A stretch of 63,450 nt of DNA, counting the filler, from Choristocarpus tenellus KU-1152 (taxonomy: Eukaryota; Protista; Phaeophyceae), in assembly GCA_964200185.2 (NCBI GenBank). It is 10 parts of 10 records of this genome, joined end to end, with 100 filler letters (N's around TTAATTAATTAA, not from the genome) between each part and the next. Parts side by side here need not be neighbours in the genome. Positions count along the whole stretch, not along the records: positions 20,611 to 26,056 come from CAXNAD020010749.1; positions 26,157 to 32,190 come from CAXNAD020009110.1; positions 32,291 to 39,498 come from CAXNAD020006531.1; 7 more parts are not named here. The stretch is one strand, 5' to 3'. Of the stretch, positions 21,205-32,921 are shown one piece after another; the first letter of the stretch is position 1; each line of letters begins with the position of its first letter. Made by a program: the position numbers and the translations under genes. The notes under the pieces were generated by a model. The model searched no databases. It had not been told where the DNA came from and saw only the letters and a program-made list of their open reading frames with translations.

Positions 21205-22964
21205 CTTTGTACTTGATATCAAAACCACTGCTGCGAAGCTTGTTTCCAGCAAGAATTTCCCCCAACCCGGCTCTCTTTTTCTTGTTCACCACCTCACCGC
21301 TTGAGGGGTTGGGAAGGCAGTAGGGCAACCGGTAGTATGGGTAGGACTCCTGTTGTTGGGCAGAGCAGGGCAGCAGTACAAGTGTGGACTTGTAGTGGAA
21401 GTCTTCACGGACATCAACGCAATTAGAGCTGAGCAGCAACGTGCAATGTCCAAGTAGAATTGTGAGTGATGTGTATGTGTATGTGCAGGTTTATTGTACA
21501 TTCAAATTCAAATGAGAGAGAGAGAGAGATAAGATGAAAAAATAGGGTAAGAAAACACTACTGGTATTCAGCATCAATGCGAAAGTATCTTAGGGGGTAG
21601 GAGTTTCTCCCTGTTTTTGTTCGTTTGGGGCTTGGCTTCCCATGTTTTTCTTTCTTGTGACATTTTTCCTATTCCGAAATATTTCGGAGTAGGTTAAATG
21701 TATCGTTTTGGAATATATATCATGTGTATGTCCGGAACAAGGATATTGACACTCTTCCTAACAAACACGATAACCAATATTACATGAAAACCGGAACATT
21801 GTATTTTGGACTCCAAATGGGCACGACTCTACCCTTTAAGATACTATGACTGACTCATCATGCACATGCAATCATCCGCTTTCAAAAAACCATCCAAATC
21901 ATATTTTTATTTTGGTATGGCATGACATGGGATGTCTCAATATCACCTTCCCTCATCTCTTTTATTTACCCTCTCTCAGAAAATACTAGGATTGGACCAA
22001 GCCCTTCAGGTGGGATTTGCTCTTCCTTACGTAACACTATGTATACGCTCTTCTGTCCAAGGAAATGGGAGGGGAGGGGGTGGTAGTGGGAGTGGCATCC
22101 CCTGATATTATCAGGAGAAGGATAGGGCATTTCCTCTCAATTGCCATACACTTAAGGATACTCCAGTCAAAAGTTTGTGCAAGTTCACAAGCATCCTCAT
22201 CTCCTGAGGACTCCGCCTTTTAGGTAGGCGCATAGGGTCGCTGTTCTGGTCGAATATCGGCTCATCGCAATTACTCATACCTGGCACCCTATGGCATTGA
22301 ATAGGCTGATGGTGGGGACTCTTGTTCATATGGTAGCAGAGGATAGCCAAGAAAAGTTTGAGCCTGACTACCTTGTCACATTGCATTGATTACCTGGTAC
22401 CGGAGGTGTGATACGGGGTGGCCTTGCTCGGGAGAGGGCAAACTATATAATAAACGTTGGAATAATTCTAGGGCAACATTAAACCATTGTCTCTTGGTAG
22501 GGGGTAAGATTTCACCTCGGGGAGGAGCAAGTTCTGTCAGATACTGGCAATATGGTTACAGATGAGGGGGGTTGGAGGTCACACCTGTGGGTTGTAGACA
22601 GACCCGACTTTGTTGACCCAAAGATTCACCTTTTCTCCTATCTCATACTTGAGGTGGGCAAGGAAGGGTAGAAGAAGCACAAATATGTGAGGACGGGCCA
22701 ACGGCAGTAAGATTCAGGGGTAACCCCAACAATTTGTTCATGGATGCAAATGTATGTTGTGTCGCCTGTCGGAGGAAATTGAACTGTAGATTTGGGTGGA
22801 GGAAATTTGCAGAGCGAACGCAGCAGCGGATCCAAGAGAATTGTGCCCGATTCCCTCACCTTGTGGTTGTTATCATCCCCAAGCACCCCCCTTTTCTCGG
22901 CTATTCCGACGAACACGAGGAGGGTCACTGCCCAGCAAGCCATCCTCGATCCCAGCAGCAACAT
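21205..22964 (-). CDS. TM9SF: Transmembrane 9 superfamily (nonaspanin, TM9SF1/3-like), 3'-partial; exons 22964-22860, 22647-22585, 21349-21205
   Basis: Signal peptide followed by DDNNHK|YEIGEKVNLWVNKVGSVYNPQ|ESYPYYRLPYC..GLGEILAGNKLRSSGFDIKYK, the typical TM9 luminal N-terminus. Splice sites are canonical. An alternative ATG lies at 22943. Confidence 0.9.
21577..21856 (-). mobile_element. MITE subfamily A in a TM9SF intron
   Basis: Same body, with TSD ATCA/ATCA. Confidence 0.88.
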
Positions 22965-23999
22965 TGCCCACCACAAACCTGCACTCCTGTCGATAACTTA
23001 CACCAATCTTTCCACGCAGCTCTGTTGAAAGCACCAGTAGCTGCTGTGGTTTGTGGTTACCGTCACCCCCTTCCACCCAACGTAACGTAACGCAACGATA
23101 CTGTAGAGATCAACCTCCTGCTTCGGCACCAGCGGATGTATGGCTAAGGTTATCACGTTATGTTATTACCCTCACACCAAGCGTCGCCCTGCACGGGGCA
23201 GTAGTGCGGTGCCAACACCTGAAAATGGATGAGACCACCGAAATCACTCAACAACAGTGGAACTCTTGGTTGATTATTTGGATAATGGAAGAGAGGATAA
23301 CAAGGAGGGAACGCCATAACACGTTCTTGAGCACCTCTATAACAATACCAAAACACCCAGAAGGGACGGTAGAGTAGAGGCACACGCTTCCGCAAGGAGT
23401 TGGGGGCCATCCACTGGAGAGAGGCCGTGGAAGCTGGGTCGCAGAGACTCCGATTGAGCGCGTGTGTTTGCCATAAGCCATCACTTGAAGCAGAACAGAA
23501 ACGGATCTGATTGTATTGGGGCTATGTTCAATTTCGGGGGTGGAGATATCTGGTCGTCCAGCTCGGCCTATGCCTTTTCCAGGTGCTTCTCCACGCCACC
23601 GATTTATAATCATCCTTTTTCTTTGTGGGAAGGGAGATGGTGTCACAGCCTCTCCGATATGGCTTTAGCGGACCTTTCGTCCAACTTCTCGTGTCACTCT
23701 TTCAGGACATTCCAAGCCCACCCGTCTCACTAACCCGGAGAAAATATCCGTCAAATATCCTCTTTTGTTTGCTTACCAACCATGTAAACACAAGTTGCTT
23801 TGTAGATTCTCGCAATCCATGGTCCCACGCCATACAGGCCCCTAGGATAATATATCGTTTATACATCCATGGCCTCGTGGACACGGATTATGCCACATGG
23901 CATGAGCTATTGCATGATGCAGATCAAAATCGTCTCAATTGATAGTTCACCCTACCGCCTCCTCTTCTGTAGCTGGTCGTCGGATAAACAGTAGTCGGC
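22965..23999. promoter_or_regulatory. Divergent (bidirectional) promoter/5'UTR region between TM9SF and PPP6R
   Basis: The two start codons point away from each other about 1 kb apart on one contig, and the region is CpG-rich. No specific motif was assigned. Confidence 0.55.
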
Positions 24000-25319
24000 A
24001 TGCAATCTCAATTAATCTCCTCGCTGTATACTACGAGCAGTCCCATCCATGACATCCTGGACAAACCCTCGTACACCCTGGAGGAGATACTAGCGGAGGA
24101 TGAGGTATTGCAGGAGGTCAAGAGTCTCAACCTCAAGCTAGTGGACTTGTAAGTACATTATCACTTTCCCTAGACATGCCAAGCAAACCGTGATCCTTGG
24201 AGGTTTATGGGACGGGAGAGGTGGTCGATGTCTTTTTTATACCACCTGTATATCCTACTATATTCAAACGTTCATTCATCATTGCGGCGTTCCTCTATGC
24301 CATCGTTTCCACCACCTTTAGCCCAGACTTTATCCGTGGGAAATCGATTGACTCATGAGGACAGTGCTGCCCCCCATCTTTTCTTTTTCAGGAAGTTTTG
24401 AGTGCTGAGTAGTTCGTTGAAACTGTTGACAAACCCAGTCAGCCCTAGGAATCCTAGACAACGGAAAAAACTCCTTGAAGAGGTTTGGGAAGGGTGGGAG
24501 GTGGGAAGGAAAAATGGGAATATTTTTAGTGCCACAGTTGGACCTTGCAGATGGTCCAAAACGTATCTTTTGCCTAGATACAGTACAACCAAGGTTGGTC
24601 TATTAGGAATAAAAAATATGCTTTGTCTTGACCTGTGATGCACCGTGCTATATGGGATAATGGGTTTTTATCTCTCTCTCTCCTAAATTTTATTTCTGAG
24701 GGCTAATACTCTCCTGTGGTATCTGTCAACCTGATACCTTATTGAGATATTCAAATTGCCAACATGTGAGGGCGTACTCGACTGTGCAATCCACACTCTT
24801 TGTGTTTGATAGTTGTAGGGGGCTGGGAAAGTAATGCCTTTTTGTGTGTATAGACACATGTGTCACGGTTAATTGACGCCAGTGCAGCCTGAACATAATG
24901 ATCTGCTGATCCTGCCTTGACCCTGACTTTGCCCCACCCTCCAAGACTACCTTCCTATTATAGTCATGTAATGTAATATCATACCTCTGCATCAGTGGGG
25001 TTGCTCTCTAGATCTGTGTAGGAATTGGGCCCTTTGCCATTCCCAACATACTGCCCAATGGATAATGGGCATTGAGAATGTAGAAGTTCCATCCTCTAAA
25101 TGCTGCTCTCACAACTCATGCAAGGTTGATAACTCATTCCTGGAATAACATCCCGGACCACTGTTCTTCACTCTGCCTTTTCCCCTCCCATCCCCCCCCC
25201 CTCCCCCATCCTCTCAACGTGCATTTTTTTAGCCTGTGCAAAGAGGATGTCCTCAAGGAGATGATATCGTTCCTCACAGAGCCTCCTCAAGACAATGCCA
25301 GTGTCAACCGAAAATTCAA
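24000..25319 (+). CDS. PPP6R: SIT4/PP6 phosphatase regulatory subunit (SAPS family), 3'-partial; exons 24000-24148, 25233-25319
   Basis: MQSQLISSLYTTSSPIHDILDKPSYTLEEILAEDEVLQEVKSLNLKLVDF|LCKEDVLKEMISFLTEPPQDNASVNRKFK matches the SAPS N-terminal pattern (SPIxxLLD..TLEELL.EDD..QE.K..N.KL.DFL..RxFK). The intron is phase-2 GT-AG and there is an in-frame stop upstream of the ATG. Confidence 0.88.
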
Positions 25320-26419
25320 GTGAGATGTCGTTGAATAGGTTGTGCCTGTATTTTGTTTTGTTTTGTTTTTTAAATTCTTTTTTAGCTGGGCTTCTGGACG
25401 TTGCTACAAAGATAAAACACAGTGGTGGAGCTTGCTCACCTTGCGAGGTATTCTATGTACACCATTTTTTAGAATAGTATTTGTGCGGTTTGTTATAGTG
25501 TGTGATACAGAGTTTTTTGGAGCAATCCTCTACCAATTTGAACAGTGTTTGAGAAAGTCCACTCTGAAACACGACTCGATCTTGCACCGTCAGGATACTT
25601 TTCCCCTCTCGAGATACATACACGTGCCTTATGTGCCATCGACTGCTTTCACTCGTGTATAGCCCATGCATGATATAAAACCTACAGACTGCAATAAGAT
25701 AAATGCTGGTGTGGTTTCTGAATTGAGGTCGTTCGAGGGAGGTACCCCGGCCCAATCTTCTCGAGGAATTTGACTATCATCACCCTGCGTTTTGCTCTGA
25801 TTGGTGCTCTGTAAATGAAAAAAAAGAAGAGGTTTTTTGAATCGTCTTAACATAGGAAGGTTATTGTCGGCTGTGCGTGTCTCTCCTTCCCCCGAGATCT
25901 GAATGGTGTCAGTCGCAAAAATGTTGCGTTTCAGGGTGAGGCTGCTTTTTTTTCGAAAGCATGTTGGAGATGGAGATAGTATCCTTGTCCTCACCGCGGT
26001 GTTGAAGGGGTTTCAGAACCTTGTGCTTAGCTCGGGGGGGGGGGGGAGGGAGATTCNNNNNNNNNNNNNNNNNNNNNNNNNNNNNNNNNNNNNNNNNNNN
26101 TTAATTAATTAANNNNNNNNNNNNNNNNNNNNNNNNNNNNNNNNNNNNNNNNNNNNGTCGTTGGATTTGAGTTGTACATCCTGGAAGGTGAGCATTGAGG
26201 GGCGCCTGTAACAGAATACCCTTGTCCCAACATTACCGGCATCTGCATTTGTAATAAAATATTTTGAAATCAGGAAAGTGCAGAACTGGAGCCGTGCAAA
26301 GCACGGCTTTTGCACTTGGGAAAAGCAGTCTGTTGTAGTTGATTTCATTTAGATGTAATATCACTTTTACCAATTTTTGGGCTATTTTGGGGAGTATGAT
26401 CTTTTTTAGTGCTTTCCTT

Positions 26420-27150
26420 TTGTGTAGAGCAAATCAATTCAACTAATGGTTCTGTAGCAGTTGCTAGGTGAGGAATTTATTTCCTGACAATATTCATAGA
26501 ACCTTGAAATGATTATAAGCCTTTCACCATTTGGGGGGATGCATTTATTAAAATGGCTTGAATACGAGCTTCTAGTGTAACTGTTCCTTTTGAGCTGACA
26601 CCATGTCCCAAATGATGGATTTGTTTTGATCCAAATTGGGTGTTGGATGACTTAAAAATAACCCCCACAGTTTGTAAGGTTGATAGTACTGTAGTAATTG
26701 TTTGTGGTGTGCCTAAGTTGGAGGGGCCAAAGAAATATAATCTAAATATATCCAGGGCTAGGACCAATTGCACGGAAACGTTTAATGGCAGTGGACGACT
26801 GCCACAATCTATGGATGTCATTACTTCCCAAGGTGTATGAGGTGACACGACTCGGCCAAGGCCGTAATTATATTTAGGATAACAAGAAATAAACGTTTTC
26901 ATATTTTTTCCTTTTTCTTTATAGGGAGGGGAGAAGGCTGGCCAAACCACTATGCAAATGCTGGACCTGGAGAAGGGTCAGTCCATACTCTATTCCTACT
27001 AAGTGTGGTAGTGGGTCAGAATAACAAGTTGGTGGAGTGGTGATCCCCAATCCCTGTAACGAAACAAAGGATCTTTTGTCAAGATGTGTCACCTTAATGA
27101 CTTATTCACCTTGTTTTGAGTAGCTCTAAAAAGGAACAGCCGACTGTATA
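26420..27150 (-). pseudogene. Ty3/Gypsy reverse transcriptase remnant
   Basis: VLSTLQTVGVIFKSSNTQFGSKQIHHLGHGVSSKG..RIQAI..PQMVKGL*SF matches the RT C-terminal pattern L...GL.LK.SK..F....YLGH.VS..G..I.AI..P..K.L.SFLG. Confidence 0.75.
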
Positions 27151-28189
27151 CACATCTAATATGGTAGAAATTGTACTAGCACAAGATTTATCTTTTTGTA
27201 GGGAAATAATTCGTAAGTAATGAGAATTATATATCATCAACCCCTCTTTCAAACAGTTTAGTGTCCCCATCATTGCCAGCACAACCGCTAAAGGGCCATG
27301 CTGTCTTGATTGTTGACCATGGGGAAAATATGTACAACCGTGACCTTACTGTAAAAAACAGAACTCCAACCGTGGGATCGGAACATACCGTGAGGTCAAA
27401 CGAAAACTATAACTGCAACTGTAAATGTAAACATTTAGAGTGTGTGTTTATGCCTTTGGAAAACCAAACCATTCTGTCAAAATCCTCTCCACAACCGTTT
27501 CTTACTTTGGCAAGGACAGCAACAGTCGTTGTGGCCGTGTCGACATATCTCATGGTTACATACAAATTTGTATACGGTTGGACAAACCTTCACAGTCAGG
27601 AACCGAGTGGGCAGTGGAAGTGTAACCGTGTTGGGCCCTGAATATTTTAAGATCGATTATTCGGTTATTTCGTTTGTCAACCGAGTGGAAACGCCTCCGA
27701 AAGGTCCTGTTTTGCGAGCGCAAGGCAAGCGCGTATGCTTTTACTGTGCAAAGGTATGAGCTAGACAACGCCTACCTAACTCCTCTAACTTAATGAGCGA
27801 ACACATTTGACGCACCAATGATCAGTCATCAGGAATAAATGTGTAGATTGGAAACAGCATACGACTGAGCCCTAGACTAATAAAAACCAAGCCCTCACTT
27901 TCCCTGCTTACCTGGTTCCAGTCGGTTCTGGTTCCGATACCGGGACTAATCCTGCTTCCCCAGTCCTGGTAGTGCTGTCCGATGTCAGGACTATGATTAC
28001 CACAGAGCCTGGCGTAAACCTTGATCTGGTAAAGGGTGGAAATGTGAGCCCCACCTTCGACTCCACATTTCACGTGCCTCTCCAACAGCAGTGGTTAGTG
28101 CAGTACAGCAAATTTTGCTATTGGATCATGACTGTTTCCCTCTGTGGTGAGCAATTTGCCACAGTATTTTATGTACTCAGCAAGTTACT

Positions 28190-28592
28190 TTGAGATCAAT
28201 ATCCACCCCATGCATGCAATTATCTGTATAACAGAGTCACGGACATGCATGTCCAACCGTTTTGTTGCCTGGTCAGCTACGTGTGTTCAACCTGAATTGT
28301 TTTGGGCTCGCTTCACTAAAGGCGCCAATGTGCACATTCAACCCTGAAATGTTCAGGTCACAGATATGCGTGTCCAAATTTTATGGCCTTGCCTTGCTAG
28401 GGTTGTGAATATGTGCATTTCAATCCTGACATTCTGCTGTCGCAGACATTCGCATCTAACCTTCTTGACCTTCCCTCGCTAGGGTTATAAACATGCATGT
28501 TCAACCGTGACAAGCTAAAGTTGCAGACATACACGTCCACCCCTTTTTTGACCTGCCTTGCTAGGATTGCGAACATGCATGTTCAACCCTGG
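28190..28592. repeat. Degenerate ~81-bp tandem repeat, 4-5 units
   Basis: CCTYGCTAGGRTTRYGAAYATGYRYRTTCAACCCTG recurs near 28312, 28392, 28474 and 28556. Confidence 0.75.
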
Positions 28593-30976
28593 CTCGCCCC
28601 CCCCTCCCCCTTATCTCTCCTTAATTCCAGTATGTGTGGGATATATCCTACCTCTGAGGGCAATTGGCAAATGACACTCTTGACTTTGAAAGTGCCTGAT
28701 AACATTATTTTTGCATCAGACTTGATTTGAAAATCAGCAGAAACGGCTAGTGCTTCTCTTTGAGACATACCTCTTCACTTCCAAGCAGACAGATCCACAT
28801 TTTTCTTTTTCTTAGCGATGGTTAAGGAATAGTTTCCCCTCACTGGCGGGACTTACTTTCCAAGATGCTTGAATCAGTATCTTCTGTTATAGGCGATATG
28901 TCTTCATGGCGGTTTCATAAACACCATTATGACCTTGAGTCCTAGATTTGATACATTTGTACTTCTTGACTATTTATTATTTGGTCCTTTTGGTCCCCGA
29001 TTGTGATAAGACATCGTTGACCAGTTCCTTTTTATGCGATGATATTGATGATAATCCAAGTGAGAGATACAGCATACTTGACGACTTGTGCATCAGGAGT
29101 CCTATACGTGCATCAGTATCATCTATAGGCCTGTAGATTGGAGCTATGCATCCTGCGGAGGTGAGTTCTGGGGCACGCTGTAACATAGAGGTCCTACCGA
29201 GACTTCCACCCTGTAACACTTCTGCTTCTGCAACTAGTCCAAGTAACTCGTGTTGAAATATTCCACACTGGACCCGAGATTGTGTGCCTTGATAAAGGAC
29301 AGTAAGTGGCTTGGTGTAGATATACAATATTAATGCTACAAGAGCCTTGTGGTCTCGATTCCACTGACTGAACTTATGGGATTTGCAACGTCCACATGGA
29401 TAAATAAGAAAACAATACTATCTACGTATCATCAAGTGTACCATATATAATATATCAACTGATAATCTAATATCAGGTCTCTACAATACATGAACCACTT
29501 ATTTACTTGTCTTCAGTATAGCAAGCGTATCTTGAACATGACGAAATCAATGGACACTAGTGATTCAATACATATGATATATCTATCACTGGCTCTCCAT
29601 CCTATTATCAAATCCACTGGTGGTGTCTATAATGTATCAGCAGCACTTTCCACGAACAACTCAAAGGTGTCCACTAGCCCCATTTGACTCCTACACGCCA
29701 ACTCAGCCCAAAAAGTATGGGCACAAGCCATTCAATACTCAATAAAAAACTTGATCTGTCGGGACTGTCAAAAGGCAAATAAACCATTTGACTGTAAGCA
29801 CTGACTTTGCCCTTTGTTGAGTGTAATTGTTACTACCATACTGCCCTCATCTCGCGTGATTGTCGTAGTTGAAGGATTTTGAGGGAAAAAAAACTACAAA
29901 AAAATTAAAATATATTACAAAAAAGAAGCGCGCACACAGACACACAGATATATATTTTCTTCCTTCAGCACAACACTCTCCCTTGTTTACCTTTGCTGCC
30001 TCCTTCTGTCTCCCCCTTCCACCCATGCCCTGGATTTTTCAGCTAACACGATTTCCTGTGGCATACACCATCCTTGTCCACAAGGTTGCTTCACCCCACT
30101 CAAGTGGCTTGCCCCTTTTCTTGGCTTGATTCGCAGGTATTCAGCCCCCCTCCCCCCCTTGTCTCTCTGGCTCGCTTTTACTGTTATATCACTTGATCAA
30201 TGATATGCAATTATCACAAGGCGGATACATGCGTATTCTCCATACATGCAGAGGTAAAAGCTAGACCACGGCTAGCCGTCGCCTCTCACTTAATAATGAG
30301 TAAATACATGCGACACACTTACGATTTGTCATCATCAGTAATAAGGAGCTACACAACGAACAGCAAACACCTGAGGTCCTAGAGGAATATAGTCGACCTC
30401 CAACCTACCCTATATGGGTTAGGAATGGCCAAACAAATCAACTTGAGCTCCAATGAATGACGCATGCTTAAAAGAAAATGTGAGCACATTTTTTGGTCGA
30501 GTGAAGGCCTCACGACAATCCATGTTAAACAGCAAGTAAATGGCTAAGTACACGGATGAAATGCAACACACGACCACGTGAGAAGATTGAAACGAGACTT
30601 CTAGTTGTCACGCTTCTTTGTGTTAAGGTCTTGTTTGGTCTGGTAACTATAATTTTGGTGTCACTTTGTGTGTAGAAAGGGGGGATATCAATTTTGCGAA
30701 CACTGTATATATTATTATACCCTATGACATTTTACAGATATGCCACGGAAAACGCCAAACCAATATCACAGGGACCTCTGTAAAAGTAACTGTTGTCGTC
30801 AATGTGAAAGATATATCTCTAAAATATATTATTTACGTAACACTATTGTGCAAATAAAACGATGAAATAGAATGTATTGTACGGGTAAGAGGGATGTCTT
30901 AGAATGAAAAAGGGTCCAAACCTACCTACCTCTCAATTGGTTTGGCTCTGAAGTACATCGTTTTAGGAAGAACTCA

Positions 30977-31923
30977 TATAGGAAAGAACCACTTTTCGTT
31001 GTAAGATAAGGAGTGATTGAGAGTTATTGACCAAAAGGAAGAATAATTGATAACAAAATAGTTGAGGGAAAGATTGCCCTCATGGACAGATGGAGCTCAC
31101 TTTGTTCTGAGCAATAGATTAATAACATATACAACCAACCTTCTAAAGAATGCTTGGGATTATCACTACTTAATATCTTGCGTCTCCTTCACTTGTGTCC
31201 ACAGCTGCGAAGACCGTGTGTGCCTCTAACACAACACCATTAATGTATATTATGTCAGAATATTCTAACATCACTAGTATCAGCACATTCCTCAACAGAG
31301 CACTCCTCCATAATCCTGTAGGAACATTGAACAGTATTCCCTTTTCGAATTATTATTGGCCTTCTCCTTTAACATCCCACTTGGGAGGAAATTTGTCGAC
31401 GGCGCTTTCACCCTGGGCCTCTGTCCAACCCCTTTTCCAGGGTTATTTTCGGCTCGATTCCTCGCCAAGCCTGAGCCACCGACATTACACAATGTTGTTG
31501 CAATCTTGCCTCCATATCCAGCCTCATCAAAGCCATTATGCTCAGTCCAGACTTCTGTTGGACTCCTGCTGTGCTGCGTGGATTCCTCCAAGGAGTTCTT
31601 CTCCTGTCCCCCGTCCTTGATGCGAAGTTTCCGACATGGATTGACTTTGTTCTCACAAGTAGACAAGAACACCATCAATACTAGGACAAGATGTGCACTA
31701 CATAGAGGTCTGCTATATAGCATGTTAATGTGATGATCACCCCCAACACTCTTCGAAAGGTTCATTGTGTATGTTATTAGTCCACGGTCAGAATGAAGTG
31801 AGCTCTACTTGTTCAGGGCAATCTTTTGTCTGAACTACTTAGTCATCAACCGTTCTTCCTTTTGGTCCATACCTCTCAAATTACTCCTTATATTATACCG
31901 ACAACTAATCCTTTTTCCTATAT
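30977..31923. mobile_element. Non-autonomous element with long (~200 bp) diverged terminal inverted repeats
   Basis: 30977-31175 aligns to the reverse complement of 31722-31923, sharing TATAGGAAA, TAAGGAGT, GACCAAAAGGAAGAA, AAAGATTGCCCT, GAGCTCACTT and TAATAACATA. The ends lie in a TA context. Confidence 0.75.
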
Positions 31924-32921
31924 TAATTTATGACAGATAGTGCCTGTCACTACACAAGTGTCTCTCTCAAGATATGTCATGTGTTTTACGCTGGAGACAC
32001 CAGGGAGATGGGCAAGGAGGGCCCCGTCAGGTTCTTGGGATGCTCCCCTAGCTCCTTGCTCAGTCGTGTAGGGCCAAGCTAGGTTGGAGGCATAGCAACA
32101 GTGTGCACATCACATTGTAATTACGAAATTTTATGGGCTCAACGTATCTGGAGTGGGGTGGGGGGGGGTCTACACCAGGGTGTCCATTCGNNNNNNNNNN
32201 NNNNNNNNNNNNNNNNNNNNNNNNNNNNNNNNNNTTAATTAATTAANNNNNNNNNNNNNNNNNNNNNNNNNNNNNNNNNNNNNNNNNNNNGGGTTAGGGT
32301 TAGGGTTTCTCTTCGTGATTATCCAACTGAAAACAGAGTTGAACTACTACACATTCATAGTGTGAGGAACTCACATGTTTGATGAGAAAGCAACCACCAA
32401 TTGAAATAAGTCAAAAATGGAAAGAGAGAGAGAGAGAGATGGAACAAAAAAATGTTTTTGATACTACTATTTTTTATATTTTTTTATTGATGTAAAATAC
32501 ACTCTTTTTTTCCCCCCCATCAGAGTGTACCCGCTACACGCTTATGTGCTCAATGATGAGCAGGGTGACCGTTTTTGAGGGGGGAGTTGTTTAGGGAATA
32601 TTTTGTGAGATTGAGGGTTAGGGTTAGGGTAGGGTGTCCCCCTCTTCATGTCGTTTTTTTTAGTAATGCATCTGCAAGTCGTGAGATGAGGTTGCTTGAA
32701 CATGATAATAAAAAAGACTTGTACTTGCACGAGAGTGATGATGACGTCAGGTGCTCAGAAAAAAAAATAAACAAATAGTAAAATGGTTTTTGATGATTTT
32801 TACTTCCTGGTGGTTAATTTTGCATTTTGTATTTTATGCCCCTCTAACCCTGCTAACTACCCCCCACCCCAAATAAATAAATAAATGAAAAACATGTGGA
32901 TATGGATGGAATTGAAAATAG

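Noticed and set aside
28888-28926. ~38-bp match to 45030-45066 (AGGCGATATGTCTT.ATGGCGGTTTCATAAACAC)
   Set aside because: Probably the end of another dispersed repeat, but the second copy is cut by a spacer so it cannot be classified.
32291-32306. TTAGGG repeats at a contig start as a real telomere
   Set aside because: Under three units, G-strand on the plus strand at a left end (wrong polarity), and located upstream of an internal NTT exon.
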